This document shows positions 29,183 through 41,886 of a DNA stretch of 64,000 bases, one piece after another. Below the pieces are notes generated by a model. That model ran no database searches. It had not been told where the DNA came from and was given only the letters and a program-made list of their open reading frames with translations. The translations under genes and the position numbers were made by a program. The stretch is taken from NCBI RefSeq assembly GCF_009914755.1, contig NC_060942.1; one strand, 5' to 3'. The first letter of the stretch is position 1; each line of letters begins with the position of its first letter. This DNA is from the human T2T-CHM13v2.0 reference genome, Homo sapiens.

Positions 29183-30019
29183 GAATTCAAGGTAAGACAT
29201 ATGGACATTTCCCCTAAGGGAAGTGGGTGCATTCAGTTCATGAAGTTTGCATCATATGGCATTTGCCTTGCCCTTTTTTTTTTTGATACCCTCTGTCCCA
29301 CATCAGATCAATCCCTTGTGTTGTCAATGCTCCTGCTGTGCCTGATATTCTTAACACCACTGCTGAACTTTTCACTTGGTCTTTTAAATGGGCATTCTTA
29401 GAAGTAGAAACCTTTTTTATTCCTTTCTCACTCGTCACTATGTCCCTATCCTATATCTCAGCCCTTCGGTGTCCTTGGACAGCCTGATGTGATAATCACA
29501 TTTCTGTAAATGAGGCTGATATATTATTGCAATGACAGATGAAATGCATTGTGAAAGTCTTCAATGCATTCACTTATGTAAGAATTCAGAGAGAATTGTT
29601 TTGGGTAAAGAGTAAATTATTTTTGTCCCTCAGATCCTACCTCATCCACCAGTCCATGAATCTGTCCTCCATGAATAGAATGAAAGGAGAACTACAGCTC
29701 AGGCATAATCTAGGTGAACCAGCAGATAAACTATATACTCATGCAATGACATGCACATCTTTGTATGTACAGACAAAATAAACTTCTTTGGTTATTATTT
29801 TTCTGAATGCCAGAAAGGAGTTATTTATAAACTTATAAACTTGTTTTGCCCTGTGAATTAGTTATTGCCCCTCCCCTCTTTAGGTAGCACAGGTACCCAC
29901 CCCGCATTTCTTAGCACAAACTGCTATACATGCATTCCTGAATCACATTTTTAAAAGGAATTATGCATTCTAAATTTTGTCTATTTAGTGTTTCAGGTGT
30001 CTTACTTCCATTTGCATTC

Positions 30020-30200
30020 ATTGACTCATGGAATTTTAAAGCCAAAAGGAACCTATTTGGTCATTTAGGTCAACTTTCTGAATTTATAAACTGGGATAGG
30101 AGACACAATAAATAGTTTTTTCCAAAGTCATCTGCTAATCAAATAAAGAAATCAGGTTGAAAACTAGTGGATACCTTGCTGGGTCCAGTAAATTACTTGA
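30020..30200 (-). mobile_element. MIR fragment
   Basis: 'tcatggaattttaaagccaaaaggaacctatttggtcatttaggtcaac...ttccaaagtcatctgctaat'. Confidence 0.6.
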
Positions 30201-30886
30201 TGTCATTATCTTTTGAAGTATGCCTACCCTAAGAAGTTGTCTTTACTGATTCCATATATAACATTACCTCAAATATTTAAATAACTTTCTGCATCTCATC
30301 CTTGTAAAATTCACAGGTTATTGCAAATATTAATGGAAAAGAATTCCAAACTTGGATATCAACTTGTGCAAAGGCAGAATGATCTACATATTTATGTTGG
30401 CTGGCTTCTATAGCCTGGCATGTCTCCAGCACACAGTAAACAGACAGATAGAGAAGACCTTTATTCCAGAAGCTGCATTTAGCAGGACGGTATCTAATAC
30501 ATTAGAGATGTTTTTCCAAGTTTTGCCCTGTTCAAATAATTCATAACAATATCAAGGTCAGTGCAAGCTAAGGCTATTTTTTCTGAAGATACCAGACATG
30601 CAAGGTAAACCTCCTAGGAGACTATTACAAGCCATCAACAGAACATCCGCTAAGAATGTAAATTTGTATTCTTTCTGTAAATCTTCCTCTTACATCTCTC
30701 ATGGCAACTTCTGCCCATTTATACCCAACACTTCCTGACTCAGTCCTTGTACACACTTCAGCAAAGAGCATTTACTACGAAATTTACAGAGCTATTTAGG
30801 CCTTAGATCTACCAGGAGTTTCTACAAAGGTAGAAAATAATTAATGCTTCTTCCATCAAGCCACTATGAGATGTTTGACTCAAGAG

Positions 30887-31000
30887 TTTTCTTTCTTATT
30901 TCTCCTTCCTTCTTTTTGCTCTTTCCTTCTTTCTTTCTTTCTCTTTCTTTCTTTCTCTCTCTCTTTCTCTCTTTCTTTTTTTCTCTTTCTCTCGCTCTTT
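30887..31000. repeat. CT-rich polypyrimidine tract, possibly the evolved tail of the adjacent L1
   Basis: (TTTC/CT)n over ~110 bp. Confidence 0.85.
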
Positions 31001-31002
31001 CA

Positions 31003-31063
31003 CAAAAACCACAATTACTAACTTTTAATGGCAAAAACTGTAATTATTTTTGCACCAATCTAA
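31003..31063. mobile_element. Partial MADE1 (Hsmar1-derived MITE)
   Basis: 'acttttaatggcaaaaactgtaattatttttgcaccaatctaa' is one MADE1 arm, preceded by a partial direct copy 'caaaaaccacaattact'. Confidence 0.85.
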
Positions 31064-31074
31064 TCCTTTCTTCT

Positions 31075-31257
31075 TCAATTTTTGATTAACAAAAATTGTG
31101 TATATTTGTTATGTAAAACGTGATGTTTTAAAACATATACACATTGTACAGTGGCTAAATCAAGATAACTAACATGTATCACCTCATACACTTATTTATT
31201 TGAAATGAGAACACTTAAAATATACTTGAGAATTGCAGCATTATTGGCTTTAGGCAC
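31075..31257 (-). mobile_element. L1MA 3' end
   Basis: 'aaaattgtgtatattt...tacacattgtacagtggctaaatcaagataactaacatgtatcacctcatacacttat...tgagaacacttaaaat'. Confidence 0.85.
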
Positions 31258-32764
31258 TGTATTAGTCCGTTCTCACACTGCTATAAGGACATACCTGAGA
31301 CTGGGTGATTTATAAAGGAAAAAGGTTTAATTGACTCACAGTTCTGCAGGGCTGGGGATGCCTCAGAAACTTACAATCATGGCATATGGGGAAGCAAACA
31401 CATCCTTCTTCACAAGGTGGTAGAAGAGAGAAGAATGATAAATGAGTGAAGGGGGAAGCCCCTTATAAAACCATCAGATCTCATGAGAACTTACTCACTA
31501 TCATGAGAATAGCATGGGAGTAATCACCCCCATGATTCAATCACCTCCCCCTCTCCGTCCCACAACACAGAGGGATGATGGGAACTATAATTCAAAATGA
31601 GATTTGGGTGGGGCCACAGCCAAGTAATATCATTCCTACCCTGGCCTCTCCCAAATGTCATGTCCTCACATTTCAAAACACAATTATATCCTTCCAACAG
31701 TCCCCAAAAGTCTCAACTCATTCCAGCATTAAGCCAGAAGTCCAAGTCCAAGGTCTCATCTGAGAGAAAGCAAGTCCCTTTGCCTATGATCCTGCAAATC
31801 AAAAGCAAGTGAGTCACTTCCTAGATAAAATGGGGGTATAGGCATTGGGAAAATACACCCACTCCAAATGGGAGAAATTGGCCAAAGTAAAGGGGCCACA
31901 GGCCCCATGTAAGTCCAAAACCCAACAGGGCAGTCATTAAACCTTAAAGTTCCAAAATGATCTCTTTTGACTCCATGTCTCACAACCAGGTCACACTGAT
32001 ACAAGAGGTGGGCTTCCATGGCCTTGAGCAGCTCCACCCTTGTGACTTTGCAGGCTACAGCCCCACTCCCAGCTGCTTTTCACGGGTAGGTGTTGAGTGC
32101 TTGCAGCCTTTTCAGGTGCACAGTGCAAGCAGAATGGTGAATCTACCATTCTGGGGTCTGAAGGACAGTGGCCTTCTTCTCACAGCTCCACTAGGCAGTG
32201 TCCCAGTGGGGACTCTGTGTGGGGGCTCCAGCCCCAAATTTCCCTTTCATACTGCCCTAGCAGAGGTTCTCCATGAGGGCTCCACCATTGCAGCAAACTT
32301 CTCTCTGGACATCCAGGTGTTTCCATACATCCTCTGAAATGTAGGTGGAGGTTCCCAAACCTCAATTCTTGTCTTCTGTGCACCCACAGGACCAACACCA
32401 CATGGAAGCTGCCAAGGCTTAAGGCTTTCACCCTCTGAAGCAATGGCCTGAGCTGTACCTTGGTCCTATTGGAGCTAAAGCAGCTGAGCTGCCGGGCACC
32501 ATGTCCTGAAGCTGCACAGAGCAAGGGGGCCCTGGAGCCAGTTCATGAAAGCGTTTTTCCCTCTTAGGCCTCCAGGCCTGTGATGAGAAGAGCTGCTGTG
32601 AAGTTCTCTGACATGCCCTGAAGGCATTTTTCCTATTATCTTGGTGACTCTTATTTATCTATGCAAATTTCTGCAGGTGGCTTGAATTTCTCCAGAAAAT
32701 TAGGTTTTTCTTTTCTATGGCATTGTCAGGCTGCAATTTTTTTAAACTTTTATGCTCTGTTTCC
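31258..32764 (-). mobile_element. THE1 (C/D-like) MaLR: one LTR (31258-31632) plus truncated internal region
   Basis: LTR 'tgtattagtccgttctcacactgctataaggacatacctgagactggg...gagatttgggtgggg...atatca' followed by THE1-int; second LTR absent. Confidence 0.93.
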
Positions 32765-33262
32765 AGGGTCAGGATCATCAATATCACTGTCTTCCACCTC
32801 CACATCTTGTTCCACTGGAAGGTCTTCAGGGGCAATAACATACATGGAGCTGTCATCTCCTATGACAATAATGCCTTCTTCTTAATGCCTTCTGAAGGAC
32901 CTGCCTGAGGCTGTTTTAGAGTTAGCTTTCAAAAAATAAACAGGAGTATGCTCTAAAATAATGATAAAAATTATAGTATAGTAACTCTATAAACCAGCAG
33001 CATAGTAATTTATTATCATTATCAAGTATTATGTGCTGTACATAATCATATGTGCTGGACTTTTATATGACTGACAGTGCAGTAGGTTTGTTTACACCAG
33101 TACCAACACAAACATGTGATTAATACATTTTGCTTCAATGTTAGAACAGCTACAAAATCAGTAGATGGTAGGAATTTTTTAGTTCCACTATAATCTTATG
33201 AAATTGGTGTTGAATATACAGTTTATTGTTGACAGAAATGTAGCTATGGGGGTGCCTGACTG
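32765..33262 (+). mobile_element. Tigger3 (Golem)-family terminal half
   Basis: 'ggtcaggatcatcaatatcactgtcttccacctccacatcttg...ggacctgcctgaggctgttt...tataatcttatg...tgactg'. Confidence 0.88.
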
Positions 33263-33264
33263 CG

Positions 33265-33349
33265 TAAATAGGATTTGGTACTACTTGTGGTTTTAGGCAT
33301 CTGCAGAGGGTCTTGGAATGTATCATTTATGAATAAGAAGTGACTATTG
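33265..33349. mobile_element. MER2 terminal fragment
   Basis: 'tttggtactacttgtggttttaggcatctgcagagggtcttggaatgtatc...ataagaagtgactattg'. Confidence 0.8.
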
Positions 33350-33988
33350 TGCTGTTTTCCATAATAGCTGTACTAATTTATATTCCCACTGTGAGTCTAC
33401 AAACCTTTCCAATACATGGTATTGGGAAAACTTGATATCCACATGCAGAAGAATGAAATTACACCCTATCTCACACCACATAGAAAATCAACTCATGATA
33501 GATTAAAGACTTAAATATAAGACCTGAAAACTGTAAAACTACTAAAAGAAAATTTAGTGGGCAGCTTTTGGGTATGAACCCCAAAGTACAGGCAACAAAA
33601 GCAAAAATAGACAAAGAGGATTACAGCAAACTAAAAAGCTGCTGCATGGGAAAAGGAATAATCACCAGAGTGAAGAGACAACCCGCAGATTGGGACAACA
33701 TATTTGCAAACCATACATCTGAAAAGGAGTTAATATCTAAAATATATAAAGAACTTAAACAACTCAGTTGCTATGAAAACAATTAATTGAAAGTGTAAAA
33801 AGGATTTGAATAAAAATTTTCCAAAAGGAGACGCAATTGCTCAACATCCCTAATCATCAGGGAAATGCAGATTAAAACTGCAATGAAATATTTCCTCACA
33901 CCTGTTAGAATGGCTACTATCAAAAAGACAAAATATAACAAGTGTTTGTGAAACTGTGGGAAAAAAATGGGAGCTGTGGTACACCATT
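33350..33988. mobile_element. L1MA ORF2 3' region with inversion (33350-33390 minus, 33400-33988 plus)
   Basis: Minus piece gtgggaatataaattagtacagctattatggaaaacag; plus piece encodes ORF2-like 33568-33786 (TKAKIDKEDYSKLKSCC). Confidence 0.85.
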
Positions 33989-35867
33989 AAAAAGTTCTTT
34001 TTAATAAGAGGATTCAAAACAAAAGATGTGCTAAGAGTTGGAATATGTGAAATGTTTTTCTTGAAACTTGCCTTTCAATATTTTTGAAGAGATTAATTTT
34101 CATGTCCTTATAAATTGGAGATAATTAAGTCCATCTGATAAATTTCATGGGATGTGCCATTGAGTTGGGGTCTGTTTCTCCAGCACTGCATCTATCATAA
34201 AAGTTTCAGAATAAAATGTAATGAATGTAAATTTAACAAGCATATAGCATTGCATGATTCATTTGTAAATAAAAACATATAACTATCTCCTATTAATGTC
34301 ATATGTACAGTCTATATATAAGTATATTTTGCATATATGGTGAACTGGTCTATCCAGTTATATTTTTGCATGAAACCATATTCCTGGCAGTAATTTATAT
34401 GTGGGCTTCTGAAAGGAGGGTCAGGAAAGAGTGAACAGTGTGAGAACAGCCTGGTATTCATTCCATGACCAGCCTTATGCAGAGAACAGACCAGCTGTAA
34501 TTGACAGTACAGAGGTGGTTAAAAAATTGTTTCCATGATAGAGCTTGTGAAATCTGAGAAACTCCAGGTGACAAAGTGTAGCATAGAGCTGGAGTTCCAG
34601 AAGGCCATTCTTTGCTGTGACACCTGCAGGATGAGCAGTGAGTGAATTGTAGAGGTGTTGGCTTAGCTTAAACATCTCGCAGTGTTGTGGGCGGAGATGC
34701 ACCCCAGGCAGGAGCAAGATGGACAGAAACAGCAGTGCCCAGGCTCTGCCCCAACTGTGGGCACACAGAGCACATGCCTAAAGGGCAAGGGCAGAGATTT
34801 CAGAAGGATGCTAGTGAGTGTATTTGAGTCACCTTTGTGGACTACCCAAAATGACTGAGGACTTTTTGAATACTGTGGTCCATGTGTGCATGACCTCATT
34901 CATAATCTACAAGCAGTGCAAGAGACCTGGATAAATCGTCCTTAATTATTCCAGTTTTCATTCTTCTTCCTTCCCTTTTCTAGGGCCTAGAATCTATGTG
35001 ACACTAAACATCTGACACACACTGTGAAATTGCATTTTAGTTGTTTCCTACCGATAAATGTTTACCTTCAAACCAACTTTTAAGTTGTCATTGTATATTT
35101 TATTTTTAAATAGGTAAATGAAGCAAATTGTGTAAATTCAACGGTATTAAAGGGTAAATAGTGAAGAGGAGCCTTTCCCTTTCTCCCCTTTGTCTCATCA
35201 GAGGCATCCAATATTATCAGTCTCTTATATACCCTTCTAGGAAATTCTATAAATATCATAGGCTTTACATCCTCTTCTGAGAGCACTGATCATGTGCCAT
35301 ATTTCTTAGAAATGGCCTGAGAATGTATATGGTGCTCAACAACAGTACTGATTAATTGAAAAGACAAATTGTTTTGCTGCTTGTCATAGTCTCTGAATCC
35401 CAAGTGTGGGTAAAACTGCAGAGGTAACTCTACTGACCCCTAGACTGAAGTCATATGTATCTACATGTAGCTCTGTTGCTACTGAGCTTAAAGAGTTAAC
35501 ACTGCTGGGAAATTGAAGATAAATGATGCTATGGAGAGTATCAGACACTAAAAAAGGAAGCTGAGCTTTGGCATTTTACACCTTGCAAAGACAAATGCTT
35601 TGCAATGTGTATTAAAAGCACTCTTTGCGATCAAAAGATTTGGCAAGTCACCCAGAATTCTTAACTTTCCCACAACGGCAGAAATCTCATTATGTATAAC
35701 CTTTTAAATGGGACCAGAGAAACATTTTCAACTTGATTCTCATTGAGCACAACCTCTACCTGGAAGTACAGTCCAAATGGAGACAAAATGTGTATTATTT
35801 TTGCATTAGACATGTATTTCCAAGTGCACTGTTTCACTGTTCCTTTTTATTCAAGAGCCAAGTCTCT

Positions 35868-35950
35868 CCTTTCTCTTCCTCCCTCTCTCTCTTTCTCTCT
35901 TTCTCTCTCTCTCTGTCTCACACACACAGACACCCTTGCATGCACACATA
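35868..35950. repeat. Compound (CT)n(CA)n microsatellite
   Basis: Seen directly. Confidence 0.9.
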
Positions 35951-38129
35951 TCCTAGAGGCTCTTTATACACTAGTGGGGCAATAATTCTTACAAGTATGG
36001 CCCCAGGATGGGGTCTGACCGCATTGCTTGTTGTAAATTTCAGCTTTTGTCTCCTGGGTCCCTATGTATAAATTATATATGGCCAATCTCTAGATATTTG
36101 GGGGCAGTGGTTTTTGGGGTGGCCTGTGAATTTATCTTGTGTACTCCCGCAGGTGATTTCTTATGCTCATGTTAATACTCATACATATTAGGACTTCTGT
36201 CTTAGAGTTGAAACTGGCCTCCCTGGCATTGCATTCACTGTAACAGTCTTGAACACTAGTTTCAGATAAATAATCTTCTAAGAGCTCTGTCAAACACATC
36301 ACTCCTTGTGCAAAAATCTGCAGTCATTTTCCTTCACAATTGGACTCAAACTTGCCTCTGCAGCTTACTTTCCACCCTTCCTGTGACTTCAATTCTGTTC
36401 AAACTGAATGTCTTTTCTTCTCACACACTCTTTTACCAACATATGCCTTCTATGTACCTTTTCTGACCTTGTTTATTCTATATGGAAATCTCACATCACC
36501 TTCTCTCTCTACCTATTTTTGCTCTGTCCATTTTTAAAAAAATCTAAATTAAGTTCCATGACCACTTCAGCCAAAGGTAGCTTATGTCTAAATCAGTTTT
36601 TCACAGAATAATTATTTCACAGGCCAGCAGAATGTTAAGAGAAGAAGGTGAGGAGAGAAGAGAGGATATGTGCTGACAGAGTCTTGACAACTTTTTATTT
36701 TGCCTCTGTGATGTGAACAAAAGGGACATTTTAATACTGAGAAAATAACTTCATGTTAAAGGGCTATCTTTAAATCAAATGCATTTAGCTTTATATAGAA
36801 TATAATTTGTTATTTCTACCTTTTCTAATTTTGCTATGGACTGGTAAATGTTCTAACAGTGTCTGGCATTGATCTTCAGAACACAGTTCAGCAACTTGGG
36901 ACCCACTGTCTTAAGTAATTGGCCACACTGTACTGATAAAGCAGAGATGTGTCCCGGATGGGCCAGGAGACATTAGATATCACACCCAGACAGGATTAAA
37001 AAGTCTCTCAATATAAAAAGTTGAGGTGAAAATTCCCATTTCTAGACATCTGTGGGATGTGATGTCTGTAAGAGAAAAGACAAAGTCATGATTTCCAGTG
37101 TTATCTGTGTAAGAATGTTGAGCTCCACGTGAAGGCAGAGAGAGGAGGCATACCCTACCACCCTCTACCACACACACATGATCATGCTCTGTCAACTGCC
37201 TCCAGTCACCAGTCTTTCTCTTCCTTCTTGGTCTTTCCTATCACTTCACAATTTCTAACATAGGGTCTGACATGTTTATTATTTTTGACCATAATAATGG
37301 TCACAGGTATTTGATTCCAATTTCATATCCTTGAAAGAAATAAAGGCAAGCAAATATTTCCATGTTGTACTGAACAAATAGAGTGACTCAGGCATGCTAA
37401 TACTACCTTTTATAAAAGACTGAGGTTTCTAACTCATTATTACAAGGTCACCCTTAGTTGGATGGCTAGAGACTTTCTCCCTCTTTGGTATTGGGACATT
37501 GTCTCTATAGTATCACATGATTCCCCTGTCCTCAATGAATTATAATACGTCCCACTACCTTGAATGACATGAGATAAATGATCCATCAGACAGAATCTTA
37601 AGTTATATCCATCTACAATATAAAGCTGTTCATTCCTGCATTCAGAAATTTAGTAAAATTGGCAAAGTGATGTTTAAATTCTGAATCCATAGTTTTGTTT
37701 TTTTCCAATATTATTCTGTCCAGGGTTTGTGCTGGGTGCTATACATTTGCTATTCAAGGAATAGTCACAAAAGTCCTATGACAGACATGATTATGATAAT
37801 TTTACATAAAAACAAGAATCAAAATACATAATACCACTCAATATGATGTAGAGCTTGCTAGAGTTTTTAGTTATTTTGACTCCAAGAAGGAAAAGCAACT
37901 AAAAATCAAATTCTTACTTGTGTACCAAGCACAGTGTATATGAGTCTATCTCTTTAAACACAGATACACATGCACAAATATAATTTAATTCATATATGTA
38001 ATGCCAGTCAACTTTATACCTTAAACTCTGGTGCTGATTCAATAAAGATATCTATAAGGTTTTTTTTTTTATTTGTTGTTTTCTTAGATAACCATTGGAA
38101 CTAGCAGGTAATAAAAGATTAAAGATTTC

Positions 38130-38285
38130 CCAGATTCGTTGATTGTAGAATTATTAATTCAAAAAATCCTTATTAAGTGTGTACTATTTACTAGACAGTA
38201 AATAGTATGATGTATCAGAGATTCAGTGTTTAAATAAAAGAAGAAGTGCCTGCATTCATAGAGCGTATGGTCTGGAAAGGCTGAA
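38130..38285 (-). mobile_element. L2 3' fragment
   Basis: 'attaattcaaaaaatccttattaagtgtgtactatttactagacagt...gtgcctgcattcatagagcgtatggtctgg'. Confidence 0.65.
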
Positions 38286-38286
38286 T

Positions 38287-38528
38287 GAGGAGCTGGCAAA
38301 TATTTTCCAGGAAAGGCTCAGTTAACAAATATTTTTGGCTTTGTGGGCCATATCATCTCTGTCACAACTACTTAACTCTGAGGGGCCTTAGACATTGTGA
38401 AAAAGAATGAGCATGGCTAGGTTCTAATGAAAATGTAGTATGAACACTGAACTTTTTATTTCATATAAGGTTCATATGTCACAAAATATTATTTTGACTG
38501 TTTTTCAACCATTTAAAAATGTAGAAAG
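38287..38528 (+). mobile_element. MER58B-like hAT-Charlie fragment, cut off by the L1MB
   Basis: 'aaatatttttggctttgtgggccatatcatctctgtcacaactacttaactctg...tttttcaaccatttaaaaatgt'. Confidence 0.82.
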
Positions 38529-39902
38529 TGAAGAAACTTTCTCAGTATAACATAGTACATTATGAAAAACCCACAGTTAACATCATTCTCAATGGTGAAA
38601 GAGGAAAAGATTTTTTCACTGAGGTCGGCAAGGTAATGACTCCCATTTCACCACTGCTACTCAAAATTGTACTGAAAATTCTAGTCAGAGAAATTAGACA
38701 ACATAAAGAAATAAAATGTTTCCAAATTGGAAAGGAAGAAGGGAAACTTTCTCTATTCCCAGATACCAGGATTCTATATATAGGAAATCACAAAGAACGC
38801 ACACATGCACAAACTACTAGATCAACTAAATTCAACAAAGTTGCAAGATTTAAGATCAATGTGCTAAAATCAGTTATATTTCTATACAGCAGCAATGAAC
38901 TATCTGAAAAGGAATTTAACCAAACAATTATATTTATAATAGCACTCAAAATAATAAAATACTTAAGAATAATTCAACCGAGGAGGTAAAAGACTTATAC
39001 AATAAAAATTACAAAATGAACAGTACAATAACTGCAGGCATTAATTAAAGAAAATATAAATCAATAGAAAGACACTTTGTACATATATATTCAAATACTT
39101 CATATTAAAATGTTAAAACTATCCAAAACAATCTACAGATTCAATGAAATCCTCATCAAAATTACAATGTACTGTTTTTTTAGAGTTGGAAAATACAATC
39201 CTCAAATTCATATAAGATGTGAAGTAGTACTGAATAGACAAAATAAAAATTTAAAAACAAAGAGTAAAGTTGGAAGATTCACATTTCCCAATTTCAAAAC
39301 TTACTACAAAACAGCAATCAAAACAGTGTGGTCCTGGCTTTAGGACAAACATATGGGCCTAACCAATGAAATAAAATTAGCGGACCAGAAATAAACCCTG
39401 GTATTGATAGCTGACTAATTTTTAACAAGGGCACCTAGATTATACGATCAGGTAAATAATAGTCTCTTCAACAAATGGTACTGGAACAACTGAATATACA
39501 CCTGCAAAATAATGAAATTGGACCCCTAGCTCAAATCATATAAAAATGGAATACCAAGCTACATAGAAGAGCTAAAACCATAAAACTCTTAGAAGAAAAA
39601 TAGGGGTAAATTTTCATTACCTTAAATTTGGCAATAAATTCTTAAATATGACACCAAAAGATGAAATAGATAAGTTGGACTTAACCAAAACGTAAAACTT
39701 TTGTACATCAGAAGACATTATCAAGAAAGTAAAAGACACTTCGCAGATGGATGGAAATATTTGTAGTCATATATCTGATAAGGGTTTAACATCCAGAATA
39801 CAAAAAGACCTTGTACAATTCAACAAAGGAGACATACAACAAAATTAAAAATGGGCGAAGGTATTGAAATTGCAAAGAACTTTTTTTATACAAAGAGATA
39901 TT

Positions 39903-40264
39903 TAGATGCTTGTCAACTTATGATGGGATAATGACCAATAAATCCATTGTAAATTGAAAATATCATAAGTCAAAATGCGTTTAATATACCAAACATACCA
40001 AACATCACAGTTGAGCCTAGCCTACCTTAAATGTACTTAAAACTTCTACATTAACCTATAGTTGCACAAAATCATCTAATACAAAGCATATTTTATAATA
40101 AAGTTTTAAATATATAGGTTGGCTTATTAAATACTGTACTGAAAGGGAAAATTGAATAGTTGTATGATACTTGAAGCACACTTTTTACTAAATGCATATC
40201 ACTTTTGTACCAGTGTAAAGTCAAAAATTCAGAAATCAAACCATTATAAGTTGGGGACTGTCTG
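39903..40264. mobile_element. MER47A (TcMar-Tigger MITE)
   Basis: Termini 'tagatgcttgtcaacttatgatggg' and 'ccattataagttggggactgtctg' followed by TA; internal 'gcctagcctaccttaaatgt'. Confidence 0.88.
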
Positions 40265-40526
40265 TACAAAGGACTAACAGGCACATGAAAAGATGCCATC
40301 ATAATTAGTCATTTGAAAAATGCAAATCAAATCACAATGAGGTATCTTCATGCCTTTTAAGATGACAGTAATGATTTTTTTAAATGAAAATAACAAAATT
40401 TGGAGAGCATGTGAAGAGACTGAAAGTGTCGTACATTGCTTAGAGAAATGTAAGAAGCTTTAGTTTCTGTAGAAAGAAATTTGGATGTTCTCCAAACATT
40501 AAAGATAAAATCACCATAAGACCGTA

Positions 40527-41098
40527 TGGTATGATTTGAATTTGTCCCTCAAATATCATCTGTTAGAAACTAAATTTTCAATGTTGAGATTGCAACAGTG
40601 TTGAGATGTGAGACCTAATGAGGCAGAAAGATCTCTTAAGCCTAAGAGTTCAAGGTTACATTGAGCTATGATAACGCCACTGACCTCTAGATTGGGTAAC
40701 AGAATATGATTTTGTCTCTCTCTCTTTCTTTCTTTCTCTATATGTACTAAATGTATATATACTAAATATATATAAATACACTAAATATATATATTCTAAA
40801 TATACTAAATATGTATATTTAAAAGAGGTGATTAGGTGATGAGAGATGAATAGATTAATGTCATTATCATCATTATCATGAGAGTGGGTTTGTTATAAAA
40901 GTGATTTGGACCCTTTTTTGCACTCTTGCCCACTCTTACCCTCTTGCCTTCCATCATGGGATGATACAGCAAGAAGATTCATGCAAGATGTTGGCATCTT
41001 TATATTGAACTCCTCAGCCTCCAGAAATGAGAATTTTTTTTAAATAAATTACCTTGTCTGGGGTATGCTGTTACAGCAATAGAAAGCAGACTAAGATA
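40527..41098 (+). mobile_element. MST-family solo LTR (MSTC/D-like)
   Basis: 'tggtatgatttgaatttgtccc...cagcctccagaa...aaataaattacc...gactaagata'; 5-bp TSD ccgta / cccta. Confidence 0.85.
40620..40822 (+). mobile_element. Old Alu monomer/right-arm fragment (FRAM/AluJ-like) with tail replaced by simple repeats
   Basis: 'gaggcagaaagatctcttaagcctaagagttcaaggttacattgagctatgat...gtctct' followed by (CT)n and (atatactaaat)n. Confidence 0.8.
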
Positions 41099-41676
41099 CC
41101 CTACAATTTCACATCTAGGCATAAACTTGAAAGAATTAAACACGGGTATTCAAATAAGTTAATACGCATGCATATTTATAGTGGCACAATTCACAACAGC
41201 CAAAAAATGGAAGCAGCTCAAATGTCCTGAACAGAAGAATAAATAAACAAATTATGGCCCATACATACAATGGAATATTGTTAACCAATAAAGCAGAATG
41301 AAGTACTAACATACTACAATGTGGATTAACCTCCAAAACATTATGCTAAGTGAAAGAAGCCAGATGTAGCAGGTTGCATGTTGCATAATTCCATTTATAT
41401 GAAATATCCAGAATAGACAAATCCATAGTAACAGGATGCAGATAAGTGGTTACCAGCGACTATAGGAGTGGGAGGATGAAGATAAACTGCTTAACGGTTA
41501 TAAGGTCTTACTTTGAAGTGAAGTGGAGAAACTCTTTTGAAACTAAGTAGAGGTAGTGGTTACACAGCACTGTGAATTCACTAAGTGCCACTAAATTGTC
41601 CATTTTAAAATGGTTAATTTTATATTATTTAAATTTTACTTCAATATTTTCAAATGTCCTATTCCGTAGTCTAGAC

Positions 41677-41886
41677 AAGTGGGTCTTAAATTTTGTTGTA
41701 TATGAAAATTGTTTGGGAATCTTTTAAAATTCAATATCCAAGCTTTATCCTAGACAAATTAAATGAAAATCTCTTCAGTTTGGGCTGAAAGGTCAGTTTT
41801 GGTTTTTTGTTTGTTTGTTTGTAGAACAAGTGTTCTAAATATGTGATTTTGTCAAATATTGTCCTTGGACAAGTTAGGTACCTCAG
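41677..41886. mobile_element. MER5-family fragments
   Basis: 'caagtgggtcttaaatttt...cctagacaaattaaatgaaaatctct' and the start of a MER5A-like element split by MSTA. Confidence 0.55.

Larger units (their letters stand above)
38530..41650 (+). mobile_element. 5'-truncated L1MB with nested insertions
   Basis: ORF2-like peptides 38528-38989 and 39077-39343; L1MB-type 3' end 'ttttaaaatggttaattttatattatttaaattttacttcaat'. Confidence 0.9.

Noticed and set aside
31003-31063. MADE1 as a miR-548 precursor
   Set aside because: Only one arm present, so no hairpin can form
31575-32908. Several 90-126 aa ORFs, and similar ones at 42185-43970
   Set aside because: Lie within THE1/MSTA internal sequence; fragmented MaLR relics
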